Shown here piece by piece: positions 1 to 17,003 of a stretch of DNA of 64,000 nt. A program made the position numbers and the translations under genes. The stretch covers positions 26,304,001 to 26,368,000 of the forward strand of contig CP068257.2 in assembly GCA_009914755.4 (NCBI GenBank), read 5' to 3'. How positions within the stretch are numbered: position 1 is the first letter of the stretch; each line of letters opens with the position of its first letter. Source of the DNA: the human T2T-CHM13v2.0 reference genome, Homo sapiens. A model generated the notes under the pieces. That model was not told where the DNA came from, searched no databases, and saw only the letters and a program-made list of their open reading frames with translations.

Positions 1-1894
1 TTTCATCAAAAACTGTATAAAACCTGTGTGGCAAAGACTGATACCTTTTGTTCTTTGGTTGGAATCAAAGTGTATACTTTAAACCATCTTTTATGAAACC
101 AGAACTTTTATTTCTCCTTATCATTTCTCTTCAGTAGGACTGCTATAAATTAGACATAGCAGCTCTTGTTTTTATTAAACAGCACATTACTGAGACAATT
201 TATTCAAAATGCAAGATTTCATAAGCTGTACCAGTAGCTTCAAAAGGGTGAATACAGGTTTTAGAATTTGGTACCCTTACACAACACAAATCTATAATGT
301 TTTCATGTAACTATATAGAAGTGCATTTTTGTTAATATCATTTCCTCTTTTTGGTTAGTGTTTCTTCTTCACTTCCTTATGAATTATGCATAAGTGAGAA
401 AACAAGACTTTTTTCATGTACAATGATCCTATTTTCCTGAACAGAACCCTGGCTGAACGGTATTAAAATTCAGGTTCCAAAATGAGCCAGTGGTAGAGAA
501 GAAATAGAGTGGAAATTTAACACATCCATTTATTATACACTGCAAAATGCAACAGGGACAGATGCCTCATGATATTTCTCCTCAGCTGTGATCACTTTCT
601 CTACAATGTTGAACTAGTGGCTCTTGCTCTAGGGACTATCTGGACAATTACCTGCAGCTTGGAGTCATTACGGAGATGATCGTCAAGGAACTGGCTCATT
701 TGGGTTACACTCACTGCTCTGTTCCTAACTTCCTGTGTAAATAACTCTGGAGCTTAAACTTTTCTTATCTATATTATAAAAATATGCAAATAATTTCTAA
801 TATTTAGAAAAGTTATATAATTTTAATTCTAAATGTAACTGACAGATGGCGGAATTTCTCCCTTTTTTGGCAACACTGTTTTTAAAGTTTAGAATAGAGA
901 TTTTGGTCATCTCAATCACTGCCTCTCTCTAGCCCTGGTATCAGCATGTTTAAGTCATCCGAACACTGTACACACCATGAAATTCTACAAGAAGATATTA
1001 TGTAAATGAGCCAAATTTACAACTTTGGATAGAGAAACTGATTTTAAAAATATAGTTAATAATCCATAAATGATGAAGAGGTATGTTTTCTGCTAGCTTA
1101 TAGTTATGGTGGTGGAGTGAGGGGCAGTTGTGTTCTCCTCTTTGTATTTCCTCTGGACGGTAATGTACTTATTCTCTAATGCAGCACCTTTTAATAAATG
1201 TTTAGTTTCTAAGCTCTTGTGATTTTGTTAGTCTCAGCATTTTCTTATTTTTCAGCAGAACTGGCTGTGAATTAGAATCTTTTCTATAAAGTTGCTATAA
1301 AATTGCCACCAACAACCAAAACTCAGCCAGCTGACACACTACCAAAAGTGGTGTGATTATTACAAAGTGCCCCCACATATTTTTGTGTGACCCTACATGA
1401 ACAACAACAAAATTTGGGATGCTCTCCTTTCAATTTTAAGCAGAGGAATTAGTTCAACTAAGCAAATGGTCAAGGATAATAAGATTCCTGAGAGAGTAGA
1501 GAAAAAACAGGGACAATTGTATTTATCTTTTGTAAAATCAAGTTTATAAGAATATGTCTCAGAGCCACAGTTAATAAAATATCTATTTTGTTTTCTTGAG
1601 AACCACAATGAAGGTATTAGTGTAAAAGGTCATCCATAGATGCCCTACGGAGTTAACAGCACAATTGAGCTCTTGCTGCTTCTGTTACAAGAGTGCTTCA
1701 AACACACCATTCAACTGATCACATCTATTAGACCTTGTTAGAGTCCCTCACCCCATTCTTGCAACAGTTCTCAGAAAATAAGAGGAATGTGGTTTTCAGA
1801 GACTTATGTCTCTCCTGGAGCCCCCTTAATGGCAGGGTGAGGTGGGAGAGCATGGAGGAAGCCTCTCAAGAAGTGAGACACATGCACTTTCCAG

Positions 1895-1933
1895 ATGATG
1901 ATGATGATGATTATTATTATTATTATTATTTTT
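1895..1933. repeat. Compound microsatellite (GAT)6(TAT)7 abutting the A-tail of the downstream Alu
   Basis: Direct read: gatgatgatgatgatgattattattattattattattttt. Confidence 0.95.
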
Positions 1934-2216
1934 GACGGAGTCTCGCTCTGTTGCCCAGGCTGGAGTGCAGCTGGTTGATCTTTCAGCTCACTGCAACCTC
2001 CACCTCCTGGGTTCAAGTGATTCTCCCACCTCAGCCTCCTGAGTAGCTGGGACTACAGGCACCTACCATCATGCCCAGCTAATTTTTGTGTTTTTTTGGA
2101 GACAGGTTTTCACCATGTTGGCCAGACTGGTCTTGAACTTCTGACCTCAGGTTATCTGCCCGTCTCAGCCTCCCAAAGTGCTGGGGTTATAGGTGTGAGC
2201 CGCCACACCCAGCTGA
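1931..2216 (-). mobile_element. Alu SINE, near full length, antisense
   Basis: TTTTT then gacggagtctcgctctgttgcccaggctggagtgcag ... ctcccaaagtgctggggttataggtgtgagccgccacaccc is the reverse complement of the Alu consensus. Confidence 0.9.
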
Positions 2217-2236
2217 CACATACACTTTCTAGATTG

Positions 2237-2262
2237 TTATTTATTTATTTGTTTGTTTGTTT
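2237..2262. repeat. (TTTA)n/(TTTG)n simple repeat
   Basis: tttatttatttgtttgtttgttttt. Confidence 0.8.
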
Positions 2263-2367
2263 TTGAGACAGAGTCTTGCTCTGTCAACCAGGCTGGAGTG
2301 CAGTGGCACAATCTTGGCTCACTGCAACCTCTGCCGCCCGGGTTCAAGTAATTCTCCCACCTCAGCT
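2263..2367 (-). mobile_element. Truncated Alu, 3' (right-arm) portion only
   Basis: gagacagagtcttgctctgtcaaccaggctggagtgcagtggcacaatcttggctcactgcaacctctgccgcccgggttcaagtaattctcccacctcagc, then Alu similarity stops. Confidence 0.8.
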
Positions 2368-2802
2368 ACTTTCTAGGTCTTGTAGGACAGGAAGTTGCCA
2401 CATGGTGAGAAGGAAAAAGGTCAGATTATGAGCAGGAACTGAGTAATTTTTACCTATGACCCTGGGACTCATTTAAACTCTAATCAAACAGAGAAAAGTA
2501 CAGTAACCAAAATTATTCTTAAGACAGATTATGCATGTATATATCATTGATTTTATTGCCTAATTCAGCAGAGGAATTACTAATAGATATTTTGCTAATT
2601 CTACAGGAAGATAGTGTGGAAACATAAGCTAACCAATGCCTCATTTCTGATGTTTCTTACCTAGTATGGTGATTAGCGTCAGTGTTTTTAAATCATTCTC
2701 TAAAAAGCACATCCCTGCCTGATTTTCTTTCCATGTGTTCTGTTGATTACTGAGAAAGAAATGTCAAAGTCTTCAACTGTAATAGTGGATCTATGTGTTT
2801 GT

Positions 2803-3158
2803 TTTATTTATTTATTTTTAAATGTTTTATTTCCATAGGCTTTGGGGAACAGGTGGTATTTTGGTTACATGAGTAAGTTCTTTCGTGGTGATTTGTGAGA
2901 TTTTGGTGCACCCAACATCCAAGCAGTATACACTGAATGCAATTTGTAGTCTTTTATCCCTCACTCCCCTCCCACCCTTTCCCCTAGTCCCCAAAGTCCC
3001 TCCTATCATTCTTATGCCTTTGCATCCTCACAGCTTAGCTCCCACTTATGAGTGAGAATGTACGATGTTTGGTTTTTCCATTCCTGAGTTACTTCTCTCA
3101 GAATAACAATCTCCAGTTCCATCCAACTTGCTGCAAATGCCATTCATTCATTCCTTTT
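2803..3158 (-). mobile_element. L1 3' UTR / ORF2-end fragment (older primate L1, L1PB-like), antisense
   Basis: ggctttggggaacaggtggtattttggttacatgag ... cccacttatgagtgagaatgtacgatgtttggtttttccattcctgag ... cctttttatgactgagt matches the reverse complement of the L1 3' end; A-rich tail on the left. Confidence 0.75.
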
Positions 3159-3950
3159 TATGACTGAGTTTGTTTTAATTTTCCTTTCAGTTTATTCAGT
3201 TTTGGCTTTATGTATTTGGTTTGTTTGTGTTTGTTATTGTAGTAAAATACACATAATATAAAATTTATCATTCTAACTATTTTAAGTGTAACATTCAATA
3301 GTATTAAATACATCCAGAATGTCATGCACCCATCACCACCATAACACTTTTTTGTCTTGTAAAACTGAACTCCCCATTCCTCCCTCTCTCCAGCTCCTGG
3401 CACCAACCATTCTATTTCTTATCTCTATGATTTTTGACTATTCTAATTACCTCATGTAAGTAGACTCATACCATATTTGCCTTTTTACGACTGGCTTATT
3501 TCACTTAGCATAATGTCCTTAAGGTTCATCCATGTTGTAGCATTTATCATAATTTTCTTTCCTTTTAAGGCTAAATAATATTCTATTGTATGTATATACC
3601 ACACTTTGCTTATCCATTTATCTGTTGATGGAAACGGGTTTCTTCCACATTTTGCTATCATGAGTAATGCTGAAATAAATTTGGTAAATATCTCTTCAAG
3701 ACCCTGATTTTAGTTATTTTGGATATATACCCAGAAACGTAAATGCTGTATTATATGGTAACTGTATTTTTAATTTTTTGAGGCACCACCATACTTTCTT
3801 CCAGCTGTACAATCTTATACTCCTATCAATACTACACAAGGGTTCTAATTTCTCCACATGCTTGCTAACATTTGTTATTTTCTGTTTTTTGTTTTTTAAT
3901 AGGAGTCATCCTAATGGGTATTGAGTGCTATTTTCTTGTTTTGATTTGAA
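3159..3950 (-). mobile_element. L1M (old mammalian L1) 3' end fragment, antisense
   Basis: ttccttttaaggctaaataatattctattgtatgtatataccacactttgcttatccatttatctgttgatgg and ggcttatttcacttagcataatgtccttaaggttcatccatgttgtagcat are hallmark L1M 3' end motifs in reverse complement. Confidence 0.7.
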
Positions 3951-3989
3951 GTTCTCTGATGATTAATGAACACAGAATAGAATAGAGAG

Positions 3990-4628
<639 letters not shown>

Positions 4629-4926
4629 TTTTTTTTTTTTTTGAGACAGCGTCTTGCCCTGTCACCCAGGCTGGAGTGCAGTGGTACAACCTCGGCTCAC
4701 TGCAACCTCCGCCGCCTGGATTCCAGTGATTCTCATCCCTCAGCCTCCCAAGTAGCTGGGATTACAGGCATGTGACACCATGCCCAGCTAATTTTCATAT
4801 TTTTAGTAGAAACAGGGGGTCTCACTATGTTAGCCAGGCTGGTCTCAAACTCCTGATCTCAAGTAATCCACCCGCCTCAGCCTCTTGAAGTGCTGGGATT
4901 ACAAGCATGAGCCACTGCACCCAGCC
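4629..4926 (-). mobile_element. Alu SINE, antisense, tandem to the previous Alu
   Basis: T14 then gagacagcgtcttgccctgtcacccaggctggagtgcagtgg ... gctgggattacaagcatgagccactgcacccagcc. Confidence 0.92.
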
Positions 4927-4929
4927 ACC

Positions 4930-5140
4930 ATAAAAATTTTTTTAAAATTATTTATCAAAATCACAGACAAAAGGCAATCCACAGAATAGGAGAAAATATT
5001 TGCGAATGAAATATCTGATAAGAGATTAATAACCAAAATACACACAGACCTCCTAAAACTCAACAACAACAAAAACAAACAAGTCTATTTAAAAATGGGC
5101 AAGAGAATAAATATACATTTCTCCAAAGAATATACAACTG
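4930..5140 (+). mobile_element. L1M ORF2 fragment, sense; continuation of 3990-4320
   Basis: caatccacagaataggagaaaatatttgcgaatgaaatatctgataagagattaataaccaaaatacacacagacctcctaaaactcaacaacaacaaaaacaaac ... aaaaatgggcaagagaataaatatacatttctccaaagaa matches L1M ORF2 (cccacagaatgggagaaaatatttgcaaat...aaaaaatgggcaaagga...catttctccaaagaag). Confidence 0.7.
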
Positions 5141-5149
5141 GCTTTAGTA

Positions 5150-7000
<1,851 letters not shown>

Positions 7001-7427
7001 TGTCTTTATCTCATTGTTAGAATGGGAACAATGTTCTTTTCAGCTTTCTACATCTTAGCCAGAAACAGAAATCTCTTTCCTTTGGTATGGCTCCACCTAT
7101 ATGATATCAAGATAATTTAATAGTATGTAGCCACAGTGCACTAGGAAAATTAATTGGCTTTTACCAGCTTTCTGCTGATAATGCCTTAACTTGAAGAAGT
7201 TAAATAATTTTGGAAAAGTCAGATATTGGGAACAATCAAATTTCGAATATACACATCCAATATAATCAGATAAGTAGTAAATAGTTAACAACAACAATTA
7301 ACGTCAGAAAATAGATCCAAGCTCTCATACATTTGTCTATCAAGATAAAAGCTTCAGGGGAATAGACAGCTTTTATCATAATAAACCATAAAGGTAAATC
7401 CCTCCTCCCTCACACAACACACATTCT

Positions 7428-8179
<752 letters not shown>

Positions 8180-9540
8180 ACATTCTTTTGTATCCGCACC
8201 CTAAGCTCTCTGGCTCCTGAAAACAGACTCTGGCTGCCTTCAGCCAAACTACCTGACGCTATGCAAAACTTCCTGGCTTTCCAAGAAGGTTTGCTTTTTT
8301 CTATTCCTATCATTTCTTCTGCCATCCTGACTGAACCCCTAACACTTCTATTACAACTACTTTTAAGGTAATATATAACAATCAAACTAGAATCCAAACA
8401 ACTATAATCTTAAACTAATGTACAAAGAGAGGGGACATTTACAATCTTTTTCATGGATAGCCAATCAATAAATCATCTCAACTCGTGTCAATAGAGGCTT
8501 AGTTCAACTTTCCACACCTCATAGATACTCGAAACATAATATCATCAAGTTGCAAATATTCATATAGAGGGTTGTTTATGCTCACTGGACTATGTTTAGG
8601 CAAGAAAAAATGTCTTGAGAAATTTTATAAACCATTTAAGCAATGTGTACAGGAATAAAATGACATTATCCACTAATGTTTAGTTTAACATAAAATTAGA
8701 TTAACTAGAACATCCTATTCCCAAAGAAATGCAGTCAGTAATGGATTTATAATAACAAGAATTAGAAATATTTATGAAAATTTCTTCTGAGAACGTCACT
8801 GAATTTTCATCTGTGTAACTTAAGTTATTCCTCCAAGATCCCTATGAAGTAGGAAAATGTTTTATCTTCACCACATGACAAAGTACACGAGTAGTTAAGT
8901 ATCTTACCACAGGATATTTTGGTAGAAAACAACATAATTCTATTTGTTCAGACATTTACATTTGAATTAATTTACAAATGCATGTAATAAACCATCTAAG
9001 TCATTTTTATAACTCTTTAAAAATCCCAAGAGCATACAGTGCATTTATACTGCTGGAGATTAGCTAACAGTTAAAGATAAGAAACAATCAATAAAATAAT
9101 CATTGTACAGGAAATACTATCGTGTAATTGTGCACACTTATCAGGGATTAACTCTCTCCTTAATCTTTAATAAACTTCATCTTAGAAAATACCTAGCCCG
9201 CATCTTTCTTCTTTCAACTGTATCCTTAACTTTATTTTCAGATAAAGTGCCTTATGAACAAACATTTGATTGTCCATTAAAACTGTCCTGCTCTTTTAAA
9301 ATCCAGTTTAAATTCTTTTCTGAGTACCAAACTGATATCTTTGCCGGTTTTTATTTTGTTTTGTTTTTAAATGGAACAGAACACAATATCTTTTGGACAG
9401 CTACAATGCTTATTCAAAAGTAGTGTTGAGATGAGAAGTAATCCTTTTTAATGTTTTACCAAAGAACTGCTTTAATGTTATGCGGTGCTAATAACTGCTT
9501 TAATCCTTTAGATTTCTTTTAGCCAAAAACAGAGTGATGA

Positions 9541-9750
9541 GTTCCTCTATACTTAGTCTGTAACTTTGTTTAATATTCTTTCAATAAACTTTTAAGAAAT
9601 AATCTTAATTTTGAATGTGTTGGTTGTTTTCTAACTCAAGTACATTGAATAAGTTACGAACAAATACCAGCCCTTCAGCTAAATAATAGACATCTTTCTG
9701 GAAAGTGACACTGTTCCCTTCCTCTAAAGATAAAGCAAAATAATGCATTG
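9541..9750 (+). repeat. Copy 1 of a ~210-bp low-copy direct repeat (partner at 11643-11850)
   Basis: gttcctctatacttagtctgtaactttgtttaatattctttcaataaacttttaagaaataatcttaattttgaatgtgttggttgttttctaactcaagtacattgaataagttacgaacaaataccag ... cctctaaagataaagcaaaata. Confidence 0.6.
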
Positions 9751-10089
9751 AATGTTACACCAAATACCTTACTAGAGAGTTTTACAGAGATATTTCCTGA
9801 TGTCATAGGGAGGGCTTCAGCTTCTATAATAAAGAAGAATTTGGTTAAAATTCTAAGTTTACTTAGTCAAATGTGTGACCTGGATCCGTGAGTCTCTTTC
9901 CTCATCTATAGGATAGGGATTATAATGTATCATTTTAAAGGTAGTTGTCAAGAGCCAATGTTTTAAATATTTAAATAGCCCTATAGAGAACGTGGAGCTT
10001 CATGAAAGAGAAAATATTTCTTTCTTTGTTTTCTATGCCTATAGCCTACTCAGACATTGAGTTTATGTATATTTTGTACTTACTATTGA

Positions 10090-10490
<401 letters not shown>

Positions 10491-11642
10491 TAAAATAAAA
10501 TAAAAAATACTCTGTTTCCAAGCCCTGTTTTCTAATAGATCACACCTACACTTTTAGAAATAGATTTCTAGCCTCCCAACCATTGCAATAGATGCAGAAG
10601 TTTCTACAAAATATTTAGACAATTATTTTAATCTTTGCTGAAACATTTCTAGTGATAGGCGTAGAACCTCCAATTTTATTTATATATTTAAATAATTTAG
10701 TCAATGTCTAAATCTCTATAATTGCCCAGTTTAAGTCTTATGGACCTTCATAAACAAATTCTAACTCTCCTTTGTTGTGAGAATCTTTTAAGGACCGTGT
10801 TCATGATCTATAGTGAATATGTTGTTCTTCTCTGTCCACATTCCCTTCTTGAGCTGTTTTTCCTTCCTTCACTCCTTGCAGCCTTGGTGAGACTCTCTTG
10901 GTGGCCTGTGATTGGAGTGACCAGAAGTTAACACTCTGTCCCTTGTATAGTCATGATTCCAGGGGCTGGCACAAGAACAAAGCAAAACCATTCTCGGCCT
11001 TCATGGCTAAATAAGCAATGATCTCCCCTTTTTGCTTAAGATAATCTGAGTGGTATTCAGTTGCTTCATTAGCAATTAATGACTTGTGAATATACTTTGT
11101 CTATATCATAGTTTTTCTTTTATTTTCCCTCTGTAACAACGCTTTGTCCATCTTCAGTGTTAAGCCTATTTCAGACTCTTTACCATACATTGTTCTTTTT
11201 TTCCAAATGATGCATTTTTTTCTGCTTTTCTTAAAATGAATTTCCAAGAAATTAGCAAAAATATGCTAATGACCAATGCAGAGACTATGCACCAGCACCC
11301 TCCTTGTTCTGATTGCTGTTTTTCTAATAATGAAGCCTAAGTTGGCATAGCTTTGCTGGCACCCCATCACCTAATTTCCTGGCATTGAGTTTGTGAACAA
11401 GTAAACTCCTGGGGCATCCTAGTTGACCACCAGACAAAAGAATGAGGGTGAAGGTAGGGTGTTAAAGCCCTAGGGTGCCTTCCTATGAGGTTTCCTGCAG
11501 GCATTGGCCACTGCTCTTCGCAAAGCAGCTAATTCTCTGCATCCCCTTCTCCCTCCTGGTTCTGGCAACTTCTCTCTCTACTCCTGACTTTGAATTTAGG
11601 TTTGGTAACAGTTTCACTGATGCTAGCCCATATTCTTTCAAG

Positions 11643-11850
11643 GTTCCTCTATACTTAGTCTATATTTTTGTTTAATATATTTTTTCCACAAACTTTAAAA
11701 AAAAATCTTATTTTGAGTGTGTTGTTTTCTAACTCAAGCACATTGAATAAGTTAAGAACAAACACCAGAACCTTAGCTGAATAATATTGTAGACACCTCT
11801 ATGCAGAGTGACACTGATCCCCTCCTCTAAAGATAAAGCAAAATATCATT
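11643..11850 (+). repeat. Copy 2 of the ~210-bp low-copy direct repeat (partner at 9541-9750)
   Basis: ggttcctctatacttagtctatatttttgtttaatatattttttccacaaactttaaaaaaaaatcttattttgagtgtgttgttttctaactcaagcacattgaataagttaagaacaaacaccag ... cctctaaagataaagcaaaata; roughly 80-85% identical to copy 1, same orientation. Confidence 0.6.
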
Positions 11851-12582
11851 TTATTAAAATTAATAGAAATAAAATGGTACTTGTTATATAATAAAATAGT
11901 ATTAAAATATTAAAATGTTTTGCTAATATAACAAAATAGTATTTAATAAATATTATTGAATATAATATTTTCTATAATATAAAGCTAGATTATAATATAA
12001 ATACAATGTAACATTTGCTATGAATAAATATTCCCATGGTTGGCATTTCAGCAGTGAGGTACAGTTGCATTAATAGGTACATGTCCTTTCCCTAATATCT
12101 AATAATATAAAATTAAGAGTAGTTGGAGATGAAAAAATAGGACATAATTTTATGAGCATGGAAATAATAAAGACTGTGTTTGCTCACAATAAATGCAATA
12201 CCGCTACCCCATCCTCTCAGTGATTCACATTAAACACTGAATATTTGCCTTATAACAGGAGGGAAGAAAAGATCAAAGACTATTAAACAAGGCTGAGAGT
12301 TACGGCCCAAGGATTTAGTTGCGGCATAACTTCTTGAAAACCACTTCTCTATTCAAAGGGGAAGTGCTTGAGATAGTTTTGTTAGAAGGTCATTGTCTTC
12401 TTTTAGAAGGCGTATGATTTTGTATGTGTATTCATGTGTATGCCCACATGACACAAAAACTTTTTAGATATGCCACAGAATAGTGAGAATAAAAGTGGGG
12501 AGGAAGAGCTCTATTTGTAGACCCCTTAAATACAAGCTATAAACAATGCATTTGACATTTTGTGCAATCACTCTGAATTCTA

Positions 12583-12670
12583 ATTTTAAAATTAAAATTA
12601 AATTTAAAATTAAATCTAAAATGAAAATAAAATTAAAATTAAAATAACTATTTTAATTTTAAAAATATTT
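12583..12670. repeat. AT-rich minisatellite-like tract built from AAAATTAAA(T) units
   Basis: aattttaaaattaaaattaaatttaaaattaaatctaaaatgaaaataaaattaaaattaaaataactattttaattttaaaaat. Confidence 0.7.
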
Positions 12671-13056
12671 TTTGAAGATATTTTTATTTATGTGAATAAG
12701 CATTTTTTACAGAGTTAAGAGTTACAGTCAATGGTGTACATGTTTTTAAATCTCTGAACATATATTGTCAAATTGCTCTAATAAAATTATATAAATTTAT
12801 ATTTCAAACAATCATATAAAAAGTGCTGGTCTCACACTGTGATGAGTCGCATTGCGGAATCAATCTTTAATTGCAAACTTTTTTCCTGCAACAGTCAAAA
12901 TTCTTGGGTGATGGGCAGACAACTGGAAGGCGGGTACCCTGTTTTGTATAGAAACATCCTTTGTTTATAATGTCTGCTCTGTTTACTTAATCCAGACCTC
13001 ACCATTTTACTTTGATCCCACATAAAACTCAAGAAGCAATATTAAGAACTAACACT

Positions 13057-13318
13057 GGGCTAGGTGCAGCGCTTTGGGAGGCTAACGTGGGAGGATTGCT
13101 TGCGCCCAAGAGTTCAAGACCAGCCTGGGCAACATAGCAAGACTCTATCCCTACAAAAAATAAAAAAACTAGCCAGGCCTGTAATCTCAGCTACTAGGGA
13201 TGCTGAGGCAGGAGGATGGGTTCAGCCCAGGCGTTCAAGGTTACGGTGAGGTATAATCACACGAATAAACTCTAGCCCAGGCACCAGAGTGAGACTATCT
13301 CTTAAAGAAAAAAAAAAA
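13057..13318 (+). mobile_element. Old diverged Alu (AluJ-like), sense
   Basis: gggctaggtgcagcgctttgggaggctaacgtgggaggattgcttgcgcccaagagttcaagaccagcctgggcaacatagcaagactctatccctacaaaaaataaaaaaactagccaggc ... gcaccagagtgagactatctcttaaagaaaaaaaaaaa. Confidence 0.8.
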
Positions 13319-16300
13319 TGATTAGCCTCAAAGGAACCCCTAGTATGTCAGGAAGATGAGACAGTATCTAATATAAATTATTTTTTACAAGGTAGAGGAA
13401 AGTAATTCATATTCAGAAAGAGGTTGTTGAGGTGACATTGGAGATGTTTGTACATTTTGAGTGAGTCAGTTCTAGCTGGGGGCCCATTTGTCTCAGGATC
13501 ACTTGTGACTGAGAAAGAAGAGAATTTTGCCTCTAGGACATTATTTTAAATTTATTCAAAATTACATGCAAAAATAGTCACCCACAGATGGTTACTCCGT
13601 AGCTTGCCCAAATTGAACAGATCGTTCCAGAACTGTTCTCAGAGGTGGATAAATGCCCACTTTACAAATCCCCAGTTGTCAGTCTTCAGAGACTAGAGAG
13701 AAATGGAATGCAGCTGAGAGAATCTAAACTCTTCCTCAACCCTTGGAGGAGGTCTCTTCCCAGGGCAGGATTCAAGTGCATCTGCTTTGCTGCAAGGCAA
13801 GTTCCCTATTGAACGAGAGCTCAACCCAGAAGATTTCAAAAACCATGCCTGGGGACTTTTAAGACCACATTTTACAAACACTTTAAAATGTGGTTTTGAT
13901 GCTGTTAACCTTTAACCATGCTTTTTTTTTTTTTTTTTTTGAAAAAGCTCTCTGTTTAGAATCTTGCAACTCTCTCAGACGAACTACAGATCATCATTTC
14001 CATAACTACACCAACTTACAGCGAACTTCTTTCTGGTGTTTATTATCTGTATTGCCATTCATTGCCTCTTATTGCTTTGTTGTTGATGTTGTTGTTGTTT
14101 TTATAAGCAAGCCTTGAACTCTAGGAAGATTGTAAGCATCTTGGGGTTAGGGGATAGATATTTTATCTCAGTCTATTTGCTTTAAACAAAGTAAGTTCTA
14201 ACATTGCGTATTGAGTACTGTACTTGTTAACAATTCTCAGCATGTGAAACATATCATTTGTGCAGCTTGGAAAAGTAACTTATATGATTATACAGAATGT
14301 TTGTGATTTGGTCAGGGAGTATTATTTCCTCTCATTAATTGCCGTGTGCAGAAGACTTAAAGTGGAAATAGTTTTCACTGGAGAAAAAGAAAAAGGAAAA
14401 CCATGTTGATTCTTACTGCCAGTCACCACAGACTGTAAGCCTTAGTGCTTCCAGGCAAAACGAATAAGTCAAAAGTAAAAGTTAGACCTTTAAAACTTTG
14501 TTGAAACTTTTAAAGAAAGAATATTTATTGGAGAGAACCAATTAAGTGAGTGTTGGGGGGGAAATTGCTCAAGTTTATGACAATAGAACCATCTTTGGAG
14601 TATTTATCATCACTTCTATAAACTGTCTTTAAGTATATACTGACCATATACTTTGCTCAGGATGGTCCTGGTTTGTGCTCGATGTCCTAAGAAATTATCA
14701 ATAGCTCCTCCCCAACCCTTCCACACACAGCATGTCACAAAGGGGATACTAAATTTTATGACTGCTACGCAGATTGAATGTCTTAGTCAAGATCTCTACT
14801 TTCAAAGAATGAAAAACCACGCAAATCAATCAATAAAAAGTGGTTTTTCAGATTAGATAATTGTATACTTTGCTAGTTTTGAACCACTCATCAGATATTG
14901 GACTGTTTTAATATGCTGCCAGCATTATCAAATAATAAAGGTAAAAAATAGGTATTTCTGGTCAGATTCTGGACTAGCTTACTATGTGCAAACTTTCAAA
15001 ATAGATTTTAGTATTTCTGATATTTGCGCTTTGTTCATGCAAAGTAAATTAGAATCTGGTGTATTTAAAAGAATGCACCAGAACATTTTAAAAGAATGTT
15101 TATTTTCTTCAATTAAAAACAATTCTTTAGAGAGAACATTTAGATCTGATTCTAGCTATTCAAACTAAGGAGAAATAAATGACTTCAACACAGAATGACT
15201 GACTAGGTATTTGCAGGGTGATTTGAAGTCCCAAGGGATAATGAACTTCTGTGTATTTCATAAGAGTGTTATTAACAAGCAAGTGGCTTTTTGGGTCAAG
15301 AGCTTGGTTCCTAAAAGTAATGTCAAACCCATCACATATTCTCAGAAGCATGTGCATTTAGGTTCAATCTCATTATGCAAGCTTATGTCAATCAATTTCC
15401 AGTTCCCAGTTTCCAAGGATGTTAGAAGAGAAATTAGTTCTTTACCTGAAAATTCTATTTGAAGTGGGAATTAGTCTTTGAAATAAACAAAACCATCACA
15501 AATACCAGCATGCTCCGGAAGAATTCATTCCTTTAAAGAGCAATATGTTCCCTCTGCTTCACTGAAGAAAAGGAGTTTGATGGGTAATTCCTAAATTATG
15601 TTTTAAAATGTTTATCATAAAGTCTTAGAATAATAGAAGTGCACCTGCAAAAATAAGCATATATTTTGGGTCTTGGTTGTGGTTGTGGCATATGCCTGTA
15701 AATGAGCAGAAGTAATTCCAACTGCTTTTGCTGTTATTGCCATTATTGTTTGTTGGTGATACTTTTATGGCTCTGGCAGCCTGGAGACAGAATTTCTTAG
15801 ATAGATAAAAGATGAAGGGGAAGAATGGGAAGTGAGGAAATGAAAAGGGGAAGAATAGTGCGTGGTATGAATTATGAGAAATCAAAATATAATGCCATGT
15901 GACAAAATGTCAATCACTTCTATTTACCTCCACTATTAAAGTTATTAAATTAATCTTTAGAACTATAGCCCTGGAAGTTTATTTGAGATGATCCCTGGAA
16001 TTTATCACTACGATTAGTAATACCCAATTCAGTTCTTAGGTTCCCTTCATTGACATTAACTTACTTATTGGATGAAACTTCATTATCGTTCTTTCTTATG
16101 CATTCTAGGTACCCAATACTTTAACTGAAAAGCAAAATTTTAAAAATAGTCTTGAAAATTATTTTTAAGTTTAGAAAGAACCTGCTATAAACAGAAAAGG
16201 TGAGGTTGGAGGAGAGAAACTCATGAGAAACCAAATAGCCAAAGTAATGAGTAGCCCTTTTTTGAGAACTTATTAAACTAATCAATGGTAAGAAAATATC

Positions 16301-16968
16301 TCTAAAATAATTGGGGAAACTAGACTAGTCACTGTTTTTTTTAAAATTTTTATTTTGATCTTAGGAACAGCATGAAAATTATGTAAATTCCTGTTTTCTT
16401 CGTGATGAATACCAAATTATGTATTAACAAAATTGAATGATGTCTGGAATGTGTTTTAAAGCATTCTAAAAAAAAGTAGTATTACGAAACAAGATTTCAA
16501 AATATTGATTATTGTTGAAGATGAATTATGGGATTTCCATAAACTAAAAAAACCAACATTGTATTTCATGTAAGTTAATAAGCTGAACCTAAAATGTGCA
16601 TGATTGATCAAAACCCTGGAATTAGACAAGGCACTCCTGAAGAAGAAAGAGATGAGAGGACCTATCTTATCATATTTCAGGACTTATTACAAAACAGTAT
16701 TAATTCATGCATATAACAATTAATTATTGAATATCTGTTATTTGCTAGGCATACTTATTGATGTTTAAAATACAGCAGTGACAGTATAGTATTGGTGCCG
16801 AGATAGACAAGTAGATAAGGTGAATAGAATATAGAAGCCAATGATGGATCCCTGCATATATTTATACTTAATATATGACTTGCCTGGGAAGAAAGACTCA
16901 ACAAATGCTGCAGGAACGATTAATCATTCACAATAAAATAAATAAAATTTGATCTCTGCATAACTTGC

Positions 16969-16998
<30 letters not shown>
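16969..16998. repeat. (CA)n microsatellite, about 14 units
   Basis: acacacacacacacacacacacacacacgc. Confidence 0.95.

Positions 16999-16999
<1 letters not shown>

Positions 17000-17003
<4 letters not shown>

Noticed and set aside
9103-9423. 106-aa ORF in unique AT-rich sequence
   Set aside because: The composition is extremely AT-rich and Leu/Phe/Ile/Lys-biased, typical of random ORFs in AT-rich DNA. There is no Kozak context, no splice signals and no recognisable domain.
13923-13941. Isolated 19-nt poly-T, possibly the tail of an antisense SINE or retrocopy
   Set aside because: The adjacent sequence (gaaaaagctctctgtttagaatcttgcaactctctcagacg...) matches no Alu/L1/MIR pattern I can recognise. 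I cannot assign it, so it is left as a bare homopolymer.
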